Origin: Tubiluchus corallicola
Taxonomy: Eukaryota > Animalia > Priapulida
Length of the DNA: 64,000 bases
NCBI GenBank assembly: GCA_030141605.1
Contig: JAQGDQ010000032.1
Location: 600,065 to 664,064 of the forward strand
Direction: 5' to 3'
Shown here: positions 12,801 through 27,800 of the stretch, in pieces
Position numbering within the stretch: the first letter of the stretch is position 1
Layout: each line of letters opens with the position of its first letter
Position numbers and translations under genes: made by a program
Notes under the pieces: generated by a model
Database searches by the model: none
Told to the model about the DNA's origin: nothing
Seen by the model: the letters and a program-made list of their open reading frames with translations, nothing else

Positions 12801-15800
12801 GGAGCTCGAAGAGTATGTAGAGAAGCTGATGGATGGGTGAGAGACTGGGAAACTTATTTTAGCATAAACTAATATATAAGACATTCTGACTGGCTCCAAG
12901 TGTTGTGAAATATTATTATAAATGTGTAAAACAGTTTTTGCCTATAATAAACATTTACATATAATTTTAATGTCCATTCCTCTCCTACAAGATCACAGTT
13001 CCCGATGCATTATTATAAAATACCTAAATATGCTGCGCAGTCTCTTACACATATTATTTCAAATATGATCAACAAGCTCCTTGTTAATATTAAATTTAAG
13101 TTATTTAACAGTAAAATTTATGGCTTAAGCTGCATAGTTAAAGGATTAAGAGTATTGTCTCTCTTCTTATAGTGACTTGTGTAATATACCTGAGTGCTAT
13201 GTTGCCAACTACATTAATGTAACTTGGTGAACATTTTAATATGTCTCATTTTTAGAACTCTTGATGTCAACTTTATTAATAAAATGGAAATTTGCTTTTA
13301 TTCTTCAACTTTACTTGATTATGACTAGGACTGTCACAGACTCATTGATTGAGGCCTGTTTTTAAAAGCTATTGTGATTCTTACTTTTTAATCGAGTGTA
13401 TTTGAGAGTTTTATTTCAGAGTATCTTTTACGATAATTTTTGTATCACGTATAATATCCTGTTTTTCTGCTGGCTGCCATATCTGCGACCATACAGGCTT
13501 TTTGTGGAAGTCTCCATGACATAACATCTATGATTGGCACAATGTATGTGTAGCATACTTGGTCGAAAGTTGTTAAAATAGATTGCCTAATACTACTACT
13601 TATACTGCTACTGCTATGCTGCTACACAGATAAAATAATAATGAAACAAAAATCTCAAGCAACAAAGAATTGCTTTTGCAGTCCTTTAACAATGAATAAT
13701 TTTTTATAGGGTTGTGGAGGAAGAATTAACAGATGATAGTTATGTTCATGATGTTGTATCACTTGCTCACAATATGCAAGCGTTCGACAAGAAACTTCAA
13801 AACTGGATGAAAATTAAGATGATGAAGGTATTAAGCTCTTCTCATTTTACAACCAATTTTGGATGTATTGAAAACTCTGATAAAACAAAAAACTATTTTA
13901 TTTTTCAACTCTAAACAAACATAGAAAAATTTTGTATACAAATTTACATAGTTTTTAGCTACAGTGTGCAAATTGCAGTAAAAGCCTGCTGCTTGTGAGG
14001 AGGTGGATACGCTTTGTTCATGATGTAAATTGGTTGTAATAAATCGGCTTAATCCGCTGTTGTTAGGTATATAATTAGATGCTTCAGTGATTTATGAAGT
14101 GCTATGTTGGCTGTGTTCGAAGTGTCAGTAATGCCTGACTTCGCAAGTGTAGCTTGTATTATGTGGTCGTTTCTACTACATCTACTTGGCAGCAGAAAAA
14201 AATAGTTATCCAAGGGAGAGAGAGAGAGGGGGAGGGAGGGAGGGAAGGAGAGAGAGAGAAATTCATTTCATTTGTTTTGATATTTGTGATTTTAGCAGCG
14301 TCCTTTCACATCCAGCTTCAATGACTACGAAAATATTCCTGATGATGGTATTGGAATTCTGAAGCGTCATTTTCACAAAATGGCAAAGGAAAACAAGTTG
14401 CTCCTACGAGATTGTGAGCGACTGAATTCTCGCATGGCCAAGCACCGAAAATTGCGAGACCAGTTTGCACGTCTTCGGAAAGCACATGAGCAAGACCAAC
14501 AGAATATTGAAAATTTGACAACTGAATTGAACAATCATGCTGAAAGTGGGCGTTGGTTCTCATTTTTTGTTTTTATGCTAATTAAACATTTTCATTTTTT
14601 TATTTGTTTATCATTACAGCATAAGTTTGGGTAAAGTCAGAGATGATGAACCTAGCAATTCTTTATGGATAAATTTTCAGCTATTTACCATGTGTTGTGA
14701 CAAATGCCAATTAACAAACATATGTATCTCAATGTACTTGTACTGTACAGATAAGTAAATGCTTTGTCTGTTCGTGTTATTATTAAAATGTTGCCAAGTT
14801 GGTCATTTTTGCACTAGTCATAGGTTTGGTCCAAAGTATTTACTCGCTTTGTTGTTCTTGTTGTTTTACATCCTTCATATAAAGCTGTAAGTCTTCATAA
14901 TAAGCATATTAGAATGTTTGCTGGATTGCTAGTGTAACAAAATAGCTGATGCCTTTTTGCTCAATCTAGCAGTCTCTAAGTGCAGTGTGGTTGTTGCAGG
15001 GCTCATGGCTGAAACACTTGTTCCCCAATTAATACATAAATTAACTCCAAAGGCTGAAATGTGAAGCTGAGAGCTGGGAACTTTGTTTATTGTAAACACT
15101 TATTTAAGAAAAGGAAATGCTTTTGAAGTCCAAAACAAAAACAGATGTCAATGTAATGAGCTGTACCTGAAGTTGAATCTTCCTTCTCAGTCTTTTCCTC
15201 TCTCTGTTTTTTAACAACGCCAGAACAGCTTTTCTGCACCTGTCACTGTGCATGGGTGGTAGGTGAACAAAGTAACTTTGCAAAATTGGCTGAGTGTATC
15301 ATTTGTTGGTGCCACTTCTGCAGCTGGAGAGTGGTACCAGTGCCGTAAAAATATGTAAGCAATCAACATTATGAAGTGGAAGAAAAAATGCATGGTTTGG
15401 GAACCTGATTTCATATAGAAAAAATCATTTAAACTGTTAGCAAACTCAGCTGAAACTAATGACTAAGATTCATAAGAGATCTAGTATTATGTACACTGAG
15501 AATTCCTGACACAGCAATGGGAGCTTTTCTCAACTTCTATTTTTGGGGATAAGCCCCAGAAATTTCAAGGTAGTACTTTGCTTTGTGAAATGGAGTGTAG
15601 TTTTCAATGCTGATGTAAGCATATCGGAATGCAAATTTTGATTTTCCTCACGTGCGTATTACGCGAAACTGACCTGAAGGGTACTTGTTTATAATTGTAA
15701 ATTGTAAGTTGTAATTATAATTGTATAATGCTATCACAAAAAAACATAAATATAAGTTTTATGTTTATCTATGTATCAGATATTCGTCGACTTCATTGAG

Positions 15801-18800
15801 GGTAATTACTATCCCAGAGATCATGATTTTTTTCCAAAAAAAATTGAAGTAGAAATCTAAAATAAATTTCTTTAGGTACCTATGCTTTGTTGAGTGTTTG
15901 TACAGTTTGTGAAACTTAAGAACTAGGTTTTATTTTATTTGTCTGCACTTTTTTTTAGCAACCAAACACAAAGTAGAATTAGAAGTATGCACCTCAGTTT
16001 TACAGCAAGAGGTGTTAGTGGGTTATATAAGCCTCTGCAGTTAATGCTAAATATAGTTCTTGTAATATTTTTGTACCTAGTCTATAATTGCACAGTTTTT
16101 TACATTATTAGTAACTATTGTTAAGCATAAGTATTAGTAATTGTCTGAAAGCAGCTTCTGTGTTTGCTGGAGTGATCATTGGTCAAATCTCATTATAATC
16201 CCCCCCCCTTTATAATGCTAGCTTCGCTTAATGGCCAAATGTTTGGCAAAACAATGTTTATATTTGCGTGGACATGTATGTATTACTACACCTCCTTATA
16301 ATGCCAAACTCGCTTAATGCCAACTTTTTTTGCAGTGCCAAAGTAGATTTTATAAAGAGATTTGACTGTATTGGTTTATTACAGCTTGACTATCAGGATT
16401 TGTTACACGTATTAAAAAAACTTATTTTTACCAAGATTTACGTTTTATACATTTTTCTACTTTTAGCACTGAAGTTAAATCAAAAAACAATAAAAGAGTT
16501 AGAGAAGCTGCGTCAAGAGAAATTTAATAGAATGGCCTCTGCAGAGAATAAGAGTTTGATGTTAGAAAAACGCCTTAAAAAACAACTGGAAGCTAATGCA
16601 GCATTAGAAAAGCATAACAAAGAACTAAGAGCACAAACCAGGTATGTTTTTAAAGAGAACTTGGCAAAAGCTATAAATTGGCCTTGTATGTAGTTTTTTT
16701 TACAAATAACTGTGCCACTTCCTGGTTTCAAGATGCGTGATTCACTGAATTTAATGGTTAAGAATGATGAAGTGAAAATCTTAGGCAAAGTAGTACTGGG
16801 AAGGAGGAAATGGCTTGTCCACGGAATGGCATGGTAGGCCACCAAAACAATGCTAAAGCAGTCATTTTTAACTTTAATGTTTTTGAGGCGGTTCAGATAA
16901 ACTTGTTATAAAAAGATGTTGGCTAATTTCACTATAGTGTTGCTATAAATAAAAGATGGAATTTAAAACGTGCAGCCCCATGATATGATCAAAGCTGGCA
17001 AATAATTGTTAAGAAAAAATATGGATCTGAGCAGCTACATCAAACAATAAAAGTTGTTTGATTATAAACATTGTATTTTGTTTTAAATTTAGCATTTTAG
17101 TGGCTAGATCACAAGCGGCATTTACACCGTCCACCTTGATCACGTGACACACTTTCTCACAAACACTAACTCGCTCCAGTATATACAAGCCTGTAAAACA
17201 TGCACAATGAGTGAATTTTGAGTGATTTATCGGTAATTCCGGAAAATGCATCGTGCTACAAGCCAACCAAGCTATAAGAACTTGTCTAGTAAATCCTTAC
17301 AAAGAGCACTTAATTATTGTATTATGCAACCATATGTGCATTATATCAAGATTTATTGCGAAGTTTCAAACATAGTTACAATAAAAGTGCTAGATATAAT
17401 AAAAGTTACAACAAACTACTAAAATAACAAATATGAAATAGTGTGTTAACTTTGCTTTACATGTGTTGTAAATCAAAATTTTTATAACACGTAGTTACAC
17501 CAAAACAAATTATTTTAGTGTCCTGTACTTAATTCTGTGATAAACACGAAAACTGAATAAATTAAATAAAAATCAAGTAAGATAGCCCAGCTGAACTATT
17601 TAACTATACTACTGAACGTTCACACAGTCATACTCAACCAACGAAATCCTATTTTTTGCTGTACAGTATTTGCACTATCATGTTGCATTGTGTTGTCCTG
17701 ATTTAGCAGGACACATTCTATAAGTAGCCAGTAGGAATAAATAATAGTACGATTCTTAGAAAACTTACATATAAGTAATCAGAAAATTTCTCTATGAGCA
17801 GACAGCACAATTTTTATTAATTTTTAATGGGTTGAGCTGTTTATGTGGCCTCCCGCATGCTTTGACCCAATGTTGACACTTGTCTAAGTCTTTTTTGGGT
17901 TGGCGAACTTATAAGTCCTTCTAATCTTTCTGGATAGCGAACATCCACATTACAATGTGCCCTAAGCACAACGCTTCACCATTCTTCACTACTATTAACG
18001 AATTTTAGCTGCACAAGGTTTTTTATGGCAAGAAAAAAGCAAAAATAATCATGAACACACGCTTTAGCTGTAAACTTCGTATAGGCTTTAGGTGCAAATG
18101 TGGCTGGGTATGTGAGTAATGCCCCCAACAATCCGAGGCACCAACAATCGAAAAACAATAGCCCTACATAAAAGCATCTCATTGGTCATTGCGAGGTCAT
18201 TGGTCATTTCTTGCATACTTTCAGGTCTCTATTCAGCAGATGCAATCATTTGAAAGATAACGTCAAAGAAGTTTTGAACGATCGTGTCAGTGATGAACTG
18301 CCAGAGGACAGATATCCACATAATCGCAGAGCACGAAGCTTGTCTCCAAAAAGAGTATAAAAATAATTTAATTTTCACTTACAAGGAAAATGCAGTCATA
18401 ATTACTGCTCACTAGAAACCAATGCCTAGCTTTCGCTGGTTGGATCTGCTGCTTTGCATGTTCTATTGACCACTGAACAAAAACTCCCCCTTATGAGATA
18501 AAAATTTTTTTGTATTCTTCATAGTTGGCTCCTTATGAGATAAAATTTTTTTCTTCACATTTCTGTTTGAACCTAGTGTCTGATGCCTAATATATACAAA
18601 CTGTGAATGCATCTAGTAACATTTTTTGTTTGTAGGAGCCTGACGTTGATTTTGAGGAGGACCCAACTGTTAGATATAAAAGGCTAATTCGAGCAAAAAC
18701 ACCACAACCTAGACGTCAGAGATCAAAATCGTGCATCTATAACAAACCTAGGAGCAGCCAAACTGCATTGTCCTTAGGAAATAAACTGAGAAGCTTAAGA

Positions 18801-21800
18801 AAGGAGGTTAGTATAAATACTGTCATTCTTCACTTACATGAAATTATTACTTTTCTTCCAAAATGTTTTTTTTTGATCTGGTCCAGGCCTCAGTTGAGGA
18901 TAAGATTGTGAAAAGTTGAGTGAGTGTGTTTATGTGGAAGATGGTGTTAAAGCGTGATTAGATTTATTGACTAATACAGTAGGCGCCGCTTAATAGACTC
19001 GCGGTTAATAGGCTCAATCGCTTAATTGACTCAAAAATGCCTGGAACGGGCTGCTTCTATCCAAATATACATAAAAACTATTCAGAGATGTTCTAGTCAC
19101 GCACAACGACAGATTTTCAACATTTTTATAATTACGAGAACTTACTGGGCCAACTTCTTTGCGAGAATATGAAGCAACAGACTTTGAAGGAATTTTTGTA
19201 ATTTTTGCAAATAAACAGACTTAGAAAAGTTTGTGATTTAGAAAAATATACTTTTTAATTTAGTGCTAATTCACTTATATAAATTAATATTTTAAAATAT
19301 TTTTTTCTAATTTTCATCTAAATTCATTAAAAACCTTTACAGTGCATAGTAAGCAGATACTTCTATACCTGTTATACTACACCCATCGGTTAATAGGTTC
19401 AGTCGGTTAATTGGGTCAAAACGCGTCGGTCCCAAAGTGACTCTTTTAAGCGGTGCCTACTGTAATTACAAATACACATGGTAAGAACTTAAGAGTCATT
19501 CCACGAGAAAACCATGCAAAAGTCAAAAAATAGTGGAAGGTGACAAATCACCGATTTTGTTCTTATTCACAGGGTTGGATGATCCCCTCAGATGTACCCC
19601 ACAGCCAAAATATTAGATATCAAAAATGAGCCGTTTCGGAGATAGGCCGCCATTTTGATTTTTTTCGGAATTTGGCCATTTTGACGTAAAAAAATGACCT
19701 ATATTTGTCACATCATTACAGGCAGTAAATGAATGATCCAGGACTAGTTGCTGGGTGGTATATATAGTAGGGGTGTTGCCCTATTGCCACATTGAGTTTG
19801 ATGAATTGAGATTCTCTTTCAGTAGGTATCATGAGCTCATGAAAGATGCGTGTCTGCTACAGTCTGAATGACACCCTGTTTTAAAATTCTCATAACTCCA
19901 CTGGGGCGGGTATTTGAAGTATAATTAATATATGTTTATTTACAGCTTGACCAGGCATACTTAGATCATGAATAAAATTTTGGCCAGCTCGTCCATAAAT
20001 TGACGAGATTCGATCTTGAATGTGACCTAAATCGGAAAAAAATTAGTACGAATTATTCATAATTCTGAATAAAAAAATGAAAATTTCAAAAAGAAACGAT
20101 AAATTATAGTTTCTGTCTCTCTCTTTGTCTCTCCGTGTCTCTCTGTGTCTCTCTCTCTCTGTGTTTCTCTCTCTCTCTCTGTGTGTCTCTCTCTCTGTCT
20201 CTGTGTGTGTCTCTCTCTGTACCTGTCTCTCTGTGACTCTCTCTGTCTCTCTGTGTCTCTTTTGATAAGGAGGTTACCATAGCAACACATAGTAGCAGCT
20301 TACTGTATGTATTATCAATTATTAGCTTATTATTATTTACTATAGTGCGACTTTTCATTGAATATTGGCGAATAAAAAATAGTCGTGGACGTAAAGAATT
20401 TGTTGTTGTCTTTTTGTTATTTTGAAAATTTGCGATTATAAGCGTCAGCGCCCTGATTCTCGTTAGAGTTTAGTTGAATATGGTAGGTAGTCGGTGTATA
20501 TGCGTATATCTTTACGAGACGGTGAAAACCTGGCGGTTAAATACAATATGAGCGAATGGCTTGAAACATACGTTGCACAGAGTCGGAATTAGTATGTAAC
20601 GGCCGAGGCAGGGTTGCTGCGTTTCTTAACCAGTTTTTTTTTGTTAATGCCCGTTGTTAGTAAGCAGAAGTCTGGTTGTCGAAGCTGCCAAAGTTGCCAC
20701 ACCAGGGTATTAGTAACTAACTAACTATTAACTTGAGTTGATTTGAGGAAAATATCAGGGACTCTCAACTATTCGCCTGTTGAATACAAGACCACAAAGC
20801 TGTGCACGTTTTAAAAATTGGCTCGCAACATGTTATATTCGATGCTCGCGGCGGTTTCAACACAATTTCACAAATAGTGCCTTGCCTCGCCTTGTCCGTG
20901 CGACACTAAACCTTTTTGACTGAAGTCTATTTTTCAGTCAAGATAGTGGAGCCCTCCCGAGGCCCCCGTATTCCACGGGCCATAGGTATATAGCCCGAGC
21001 ACTTGTACACGAAACTGTTATTATGTACATGAAACTATTCCGTGTTTTATACAGATTATAAAAATCACTGTGTTGTAATCGTCACAGGGGCCCTTCGAAG
21101 GGAATGCGGCCCCCTGATGAGGGGCCTGGTTGCTAGGAGTGCCCAGACATCTAAAGCCAGTCCATTACTACTATAAACATTGACGTTGCTGCACTTTGTA
21201 TTGATTTTAATGGCAACACCGTCATCCAAAGGCGAATAGCTGAATATAGGTCAAGGTTGTGAAAATGGCAAAAAAGAGCAACTTTGGCTAAAAATTCTGG
21301 ACTCTTGGGAGATCGCTGGCCAAAATTTTATTTCATGCATTTGTAGGACTAGTCAAGCTGCAAATAAAAATGTATTGATTAGTCCCCCAATACCCGCCCC
21401 AGTGGAGTTATTTCAAAATGGCGTCGAAATTCAGCAGCAGCAGACACATATCTTTTGCAATCTGATGACACCAACTGAAAAGGAGGTTCAATTTGGCAAC
21501 GATAACGGTACGGTAGGGTAAGACCCCTACTATATATATCACCAATTAACTAGTGCTGGGTCGCTCATTTACTGTCTGTAATAACGTGAGAAATAATGGG
21601 CAATTTTTTTACGCCAAAATGGCCAAAATCCGAAAAAAATCAAAATGGCGGCTTTTCTCAGAAACAGCTCATTTCTGAAATCTAATATTTTGGCTGTGGG
21701 GTACACATCTGAGGGGACCATCAAACCCTGTGAATATGAACAAAATCGGTGATTTGTCACCTTCCACTATTTTGCTGATTTTCTCATGGAATGACTCTTA

Positions 21801-24800
21801 ACAAGGAGGGAGTTAGTCCAACAAAAACAATACTCAAATTGCTGAATTAGCAACTAAAATAACTTGAAACAATGAAGAACAATGAACATGCATCCATTAT
21901 ATTCAGGAATGTTGTTCTTGGAAAAAGTAGTAGGCATGCCGTGTACTATGGCCCGAACCAATGCTTATGGTTCATACATGGCTGTATACTGGTGGCTGAG
22001 TTGGCATGCATGCACTAATAACGGGCCAAGTTTATATATGGTAATTCTAATTTGAAAAAATGGCTGCAATAGAGGACTGAATAGAAAAAAAGCAATACAA
22101 CTAAAAATTATAGCTTACATGGGACTGTCTTTTTTCTAAAACAGTAAAGGATACCATCACTTGCATCCACTTCCTCTAGACTCCTCAGTATTGTTAAGTT
22201 ATCTTTTAATTTTTGCACATTGGTAAAATTTAAACCAATGCCAAATGTGACTTAATTGCCTAATGCACAAAGAGACATGTTCATTTGAAACACTTTTGAA
22301 TTTTTTTGTTTTAAAATTTTTAATGTTTACTGGACTGTTATAACTGGGGTATCCTTATAGCATTGTCACTTTATTGAATGTAAGAGTTGCTACTAGTTGA
22401 GAATATAAGAAAATCGCTAATTTTACATGTGACTTCATTTTTGTTTTCCATTTAGGCCAATTCACTTCGATTGGCTCGTGATTATGCTGCCAAGTCCGCA
22501 ACAGAAAACAAAGATCAAGTAAAGAAATTAGAAGCCGAACTAGGAGACAGCAAGAAACAATTAAAAAATCTTAAACTGAGAGAGAAAGTGAGTATGACAT
22601 ATTATGAGCGTCGTACGGCTAAATTTGCCTTGCTGTGCCATATCGATTTTATTTTATGATTAAAATTCAAACCATTATATTTTAATTGCTTAAGTAAAAA
22701 CTTCTATTGTGATTTATTTTTGAAAAAGCAGTAAGTTCCTAGAACATCCGCTAACAATTGTGTATCATGAGCAGTGATATTTGTGTGTTTTTTTTACGAT
22801 GCCTATGGAATGCTGATGTTTCCTTCATGTCTGATGACGACTGCTATAGTGTAGTAGAAACATTGCAATTTTTTATTAAAAAATGTTTAAAAAATCATTG
22901 GTTATTGAAACTTGTGGGATATTTAATAAACAAACAAAATTCAATGTGACCTGGAGCAAATCAGTACAGTAAAAAAACTTGCTTGTAACATCAGTTGTGG
23001 GTGAGATGATTTTTTTGTATTCACATGTATGTGATATCCTGTGATATCTTGTTTTGTGTCGCCCCCTTTCACCTTAAGCAATCATGTAGAGCCTGCATTC
23101 CTTTTCATGCAGAACATAATCAGCCAATGACATGAAAAATAAAGTTCCTTGGCTATCATCAGTGATAAAACAAAGCTCAAGTTCTTGATGTGTTTAATTG
23201 TTGCCTTTCACATCAGTTGCCATATTGTTTTATTGCTTAGTGCTGTGTTACTTGATATAAAAGCCTAAGCCAACAAATAAAAATTATGTTATATTGGAGT
23301 TGTAATTAACGAGGTGTGTGATTTACCTTGTGCGTTTGGCTAGCACAGGATGTAAAATAGTGTAGCATAAATGGTAAGTAGTTGTGATATTTGTTGAACA
23401 AAAGCAAACAAGGGAAAGATGTTGATCATTTGTAAATGTACACACAAGATTTTGACGTGTGGAACTGAAATTGCAGAAATGAGACAAGTGATTTGTTTGC
23501 TGCAGTAACCTGGGTTGATTTGTTGGCTTCCAGAATGCAATAAAATGACATCACCTGTTGCAACTTATACACATCTTCATTTTTTACTATCTACTTTAAC
23601 TGTTTTGCACCCAAGCTGCCTATAGGATATCTAGTGGCTGTTATTATTTAACACGTTACAGTTGTCGAGCCTCTTGTATTATGCTTTACGCTATTGCATA
23701 CAAATTGATTGAAAAGTTTTGTGGTACATGCAGGTACAACTGCAGTCTTTTTGTCACTTCGATAGTAACTTTAGCAGATGGCGACACAAGTGCTGTAGAC
23801 ATTTTTTGGTAGCTGTACAGTATGCATATGTGATGCCATCTATTGGTGGGTAGAGAGGAATAGTTATTAGTTCGCACTTTCTTAATGTTAGCTAAACTAT
23901 ACTTTTGCATATCATATTTTAAGCCAAAAGTCATTTGTGTGAAATAAGTGAAAATTAAATCACAGTTAAATTAAGGTAGTTCATTTTGGTTAAGTAAATT
24001 TGTTGTTTTTAATCAGAGACAAAGAAAAATTTAATTTTGCAGCTGCTCAAATATTTTCAGGGGTTTTACAATGATTTTGAGACGATGAGAAGCAAGAATG
24101 AACAATTACAGAAAGGACTGGATGAACTACGAGCTCGGTGTGAAAAAATGATAGCTGAAGGTCACACACCTTACGAATGGAAAGTTATGGAGGAAAAGCT
24201 TAAAGTAAGGTTTGAGTATGGCAACATGGCATATAGACTATAGATACTTGATTTTACTGCAAGAGTGTCCTAGTGGTTTGAAATATCTAATTTATGTAAT
24301 GGCAAACATCTGCATTTTGAACTTTGTCACTTGTTTTACCCTTTATATGTTCATATTTGATGACTGTGATTGATCTGCAGGAGTGTTTCTAGTGCATTTG
24401 TTACAAATTATATATAAAAAATTGATTTTTAGTTCTGCAAAAGATGATCACATATCCAAATAATGGACATTTTTTAGGTGTACTTTATTCGATGCACTAG
24501 AGTGAGTAGATGTGGTGGGGGGATAATTATAAAAGAAACTTGCTGTTAAAGGTGAAAAAATTTAATTGAAACATAAGCGTTTCGTTTTGCAGTAATTTTG
24601 TGTAATTAAATCAAAAGAGTATTTGCATTTTTCTTTTCAAGAAACAAGTGACGTTATGTTCTGATCAGTTAGCTACAATCAAGACACTCAGAAAAGAGAC
24701 TGAGGACCTCAATAATAGCGTGCAGGCTTTGCAAGAAAGGTAAAGTTTTCAGTTTTAATAACTTTGTTGTGCGATGAACAACATCAAAATTCTACTTTAT

Positions 24801-27800
24801 AATTAGTGTATTTCAGCTACCTTCAGCAATGTGTTAATGTATTGAAAAGATAAAATGCATTTTGTGTACATTAATCTCATGGTTTATACAAGTGTTTTTC
24901 TCTTTCGAAAAGCATGTTTTGCCAAAAGCATGTTAAAAATTGTGTGTCATGTGCGGCATAGATTGTGCTGTAAAACTGTTTTCAGAGTTGAGTATCGAAT
25001 GTTTGAATTGAATTCAAATTCGAACCAGTTTTTTAGTTCAAATTCAATTTGAACCTAAAATCATGGATTTGAATAATTTAGCACTTTTTCACCTCTTACA
25101 GGGCCACTCATGCTGAACATGACAATCAGCAAAAGCGCACACTGATCGAGTCTTACAAGGAACGTGCTAAATCTGCGCAGCAGACTGTTATCGATCTGGA
25201 GAGTGCACAGGAAGCCAATATAGCTGAGAAAATAGAAGCTTTGGAGGAAGCAAAGCGACTGCGAGTTCAGAATCAGTCATTGAAAACCCAGATTTCGGTT
25301 GCATCTCAAGGGAAAAGAGATGCTGATGAAAAGACGCAAGAGATGACAGATATGGTAGCAATGCTTAGAGATAATTTACAAAATAATGAGGTGATTACAT
25401 ACACAGCTAGTTTCATGGTAAATTATAATTTTAAAAATGGTAAAGAAATCTTGATTTCTGTTGGAATGGAATCTAGAACTTGGCTCTAGTGTGGCATTTA
25501 CAAACGTGATGCCACTGCTAAGGCAGTCACACGATAACTTCTCGTCCTTATTAGGCACTATGAGAGGGTGTAGGTTTGTTCTTGCAATTAGCTAAACTAT
25601 AAAATGGCCACCTTAGGCTAGGGAGATTTCTGGGTTATTCTGTAGAAGCACAATCGGTGCCTTCTGCAGAAAGAGCTTAGTAAACAAGGGTGGTGAGACG
25701 TCCATAGTGAACTGAGAAAGCTGCCAGCTCAATTAAATTTGGCAGTGTTAGTTTGTTGAGAAAGAGTCGACATTATGGCCTTTGTCCTTGTTTTATGTAA
25801 TGTATTTTCTTTTGATATCCAAAACGCACTTGCTATTGCAGAAAATTATCAGAGAACTGCAGACATCCCTGTCCAATCTACAGCAGCAAGAGCGCAATCA
25901 GCGAGAACGGGGAATTCATCAGCAGGAGCAGATCCAGCAGCTGCTTGATGCACAGAAGAACATTCATAGCGTGAAAGAGAATCAGCTTCAACGAATATTA
26001 GATGGACTTGAAGAAGAGCTGTCAACTTCTTTGAGGAGAAATAAGGAGTTCCAGAATGCCATAGAGGTACAGCTTGTGCCAGCCTTGTTTGTTTTTCTAC
26101 AAAGTTAAAACCCAAAGTTCCCCTGCTACCTCCCAGAAAATCAGACAACACAATAGGCTATAACATAGTACGTAGTGTGCCACGCATACTTTTGTAATTT
26201 TTTGCAAAAACCACCAAAACTGTTAAAAATGACGTTTTTTGTACTCAGCTGATTTGAAAAATGAAACTTTAGTGAGACAGTAACAATGCTCTGAGATATT
26301 ATTACATGTCCTGTGTGATAATAAAATAGCAGAGAAAATAGTGGAAATGGGATTTATCTGTAATTGAAACACACCTGGCATTGGTATTGATATATGGCTT
26401 TGTTTCAGACTGTTGTTTCCAAGCTCAGCATGAACATGGAGAACGGACATCAGGATGAAAGTACTGCATTACAACATGCTAAACAAGTAGCTAGTTCTAT
26501 ATTGAATCTTTCGGTTTCCGATATCGAAGATATTCTTAACGATGCTCAAGAAAGTCGGGTAAATTCTTGACTTCGTGTATGCTTAGCCCTTGCATAATGC
26601 ACATTACATCCAAATCAATGTAAAGTATTGCTCATTGTATGGCGAAAATGCAGATTATTGTTTGTGGATGTATTTCCATCTATTTTTATCCAAATCGTTC
26701 TACATGCACTATTCACTACACATTGCACAGAATGCATGACGAACACATGGAGCCAATAATTAACAGTTATTTAAAGTGGCAATTGGTTTTGCGCTATTAC
26801 TTCTCAATTCTTGTTTCATTTTTGTATTTGCATATCCAATTGTATATCGTAGGTCTTATTATTGACTTGAACATTTACATAAAGTTATGTATTAATTTGA
26901 TTTCACTTCACACCAGTTGTTTCTTTTTTACTTTATTACCTACTTAAACTGTTTACTTTTTGCTTGTTTATTTTAAATTTTTTTTTAACTTTGAATCACC
27001 CACACAAGCTCACTGATTGGATAATTGCCCCCACCAAAATTTGTTCCCGATCCATTACTTTATGTAAGGGCACTGCCTACTAGAACAGTGCTACCCTACC
27101 CAAGTATGCGCTTTGTAAAAAAAATTGTGATCTAGTTGGAGTTTGTAAAAGTTCTTACACTTTTTCGCACCATAAAAGTCTCATTCATTCAGCTGAAGAA
27201 GCTTATTTGGTGCTAAACACTATGTATCTGCATATCTTTGTGATGATGAGTTCACAAACATTGAAAATGTAATTTATATATATTTTCTACTAAAAAGGCT
27301 CGGTTGATACTCACTGCTCCATTTGTGTAGATGTTTGAAGTAAAACATAAGTAACTGACACGTCATTACAACATTAACAGCAATTAACATTGTAATGTTT
27401 GAGCTTCTTGAACAACACACTGTGTTATCTGTGTTACTAGTTACTGAAAAAGCAACACAGTACTGGTAATATGTTACGTGTTAATAGTTGACACAGTGAA
27501 AACAAAGTGGAAACGAGTTATGAATTCTACCTTGAGAGGCATTTCTAAGAAAAATTAACATGATATGTTCTTCAGACATCTAAAAAAAGACCTGCATTTA
27601 TTATACTTTTTTCAAATCTGTGCTGAAACAGAAATTTAGCTCTCTTAAAATCTTAGGTCTTCTTAGATTGTGAAACATTTTCACTTCTTTTTTGGATTTT
27701 ATGCAGATTGTCATCTTTTGACAGGGACTGACAATCACGCCTCATCTGGATTACTGGACAAAGCAGTTGAAGTCTGTCTTGACGAAAAACCATTTTTCTC

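Noticed and set aside
17090-17200. Possible extra centlein exon
   Set aside because: In-frame stops; exon 16641 joins 18225 in phase without it.
20057-20358. RE/RD-rich ORFs
   Set aside because: These are translations of the (CT)n microsatellite.
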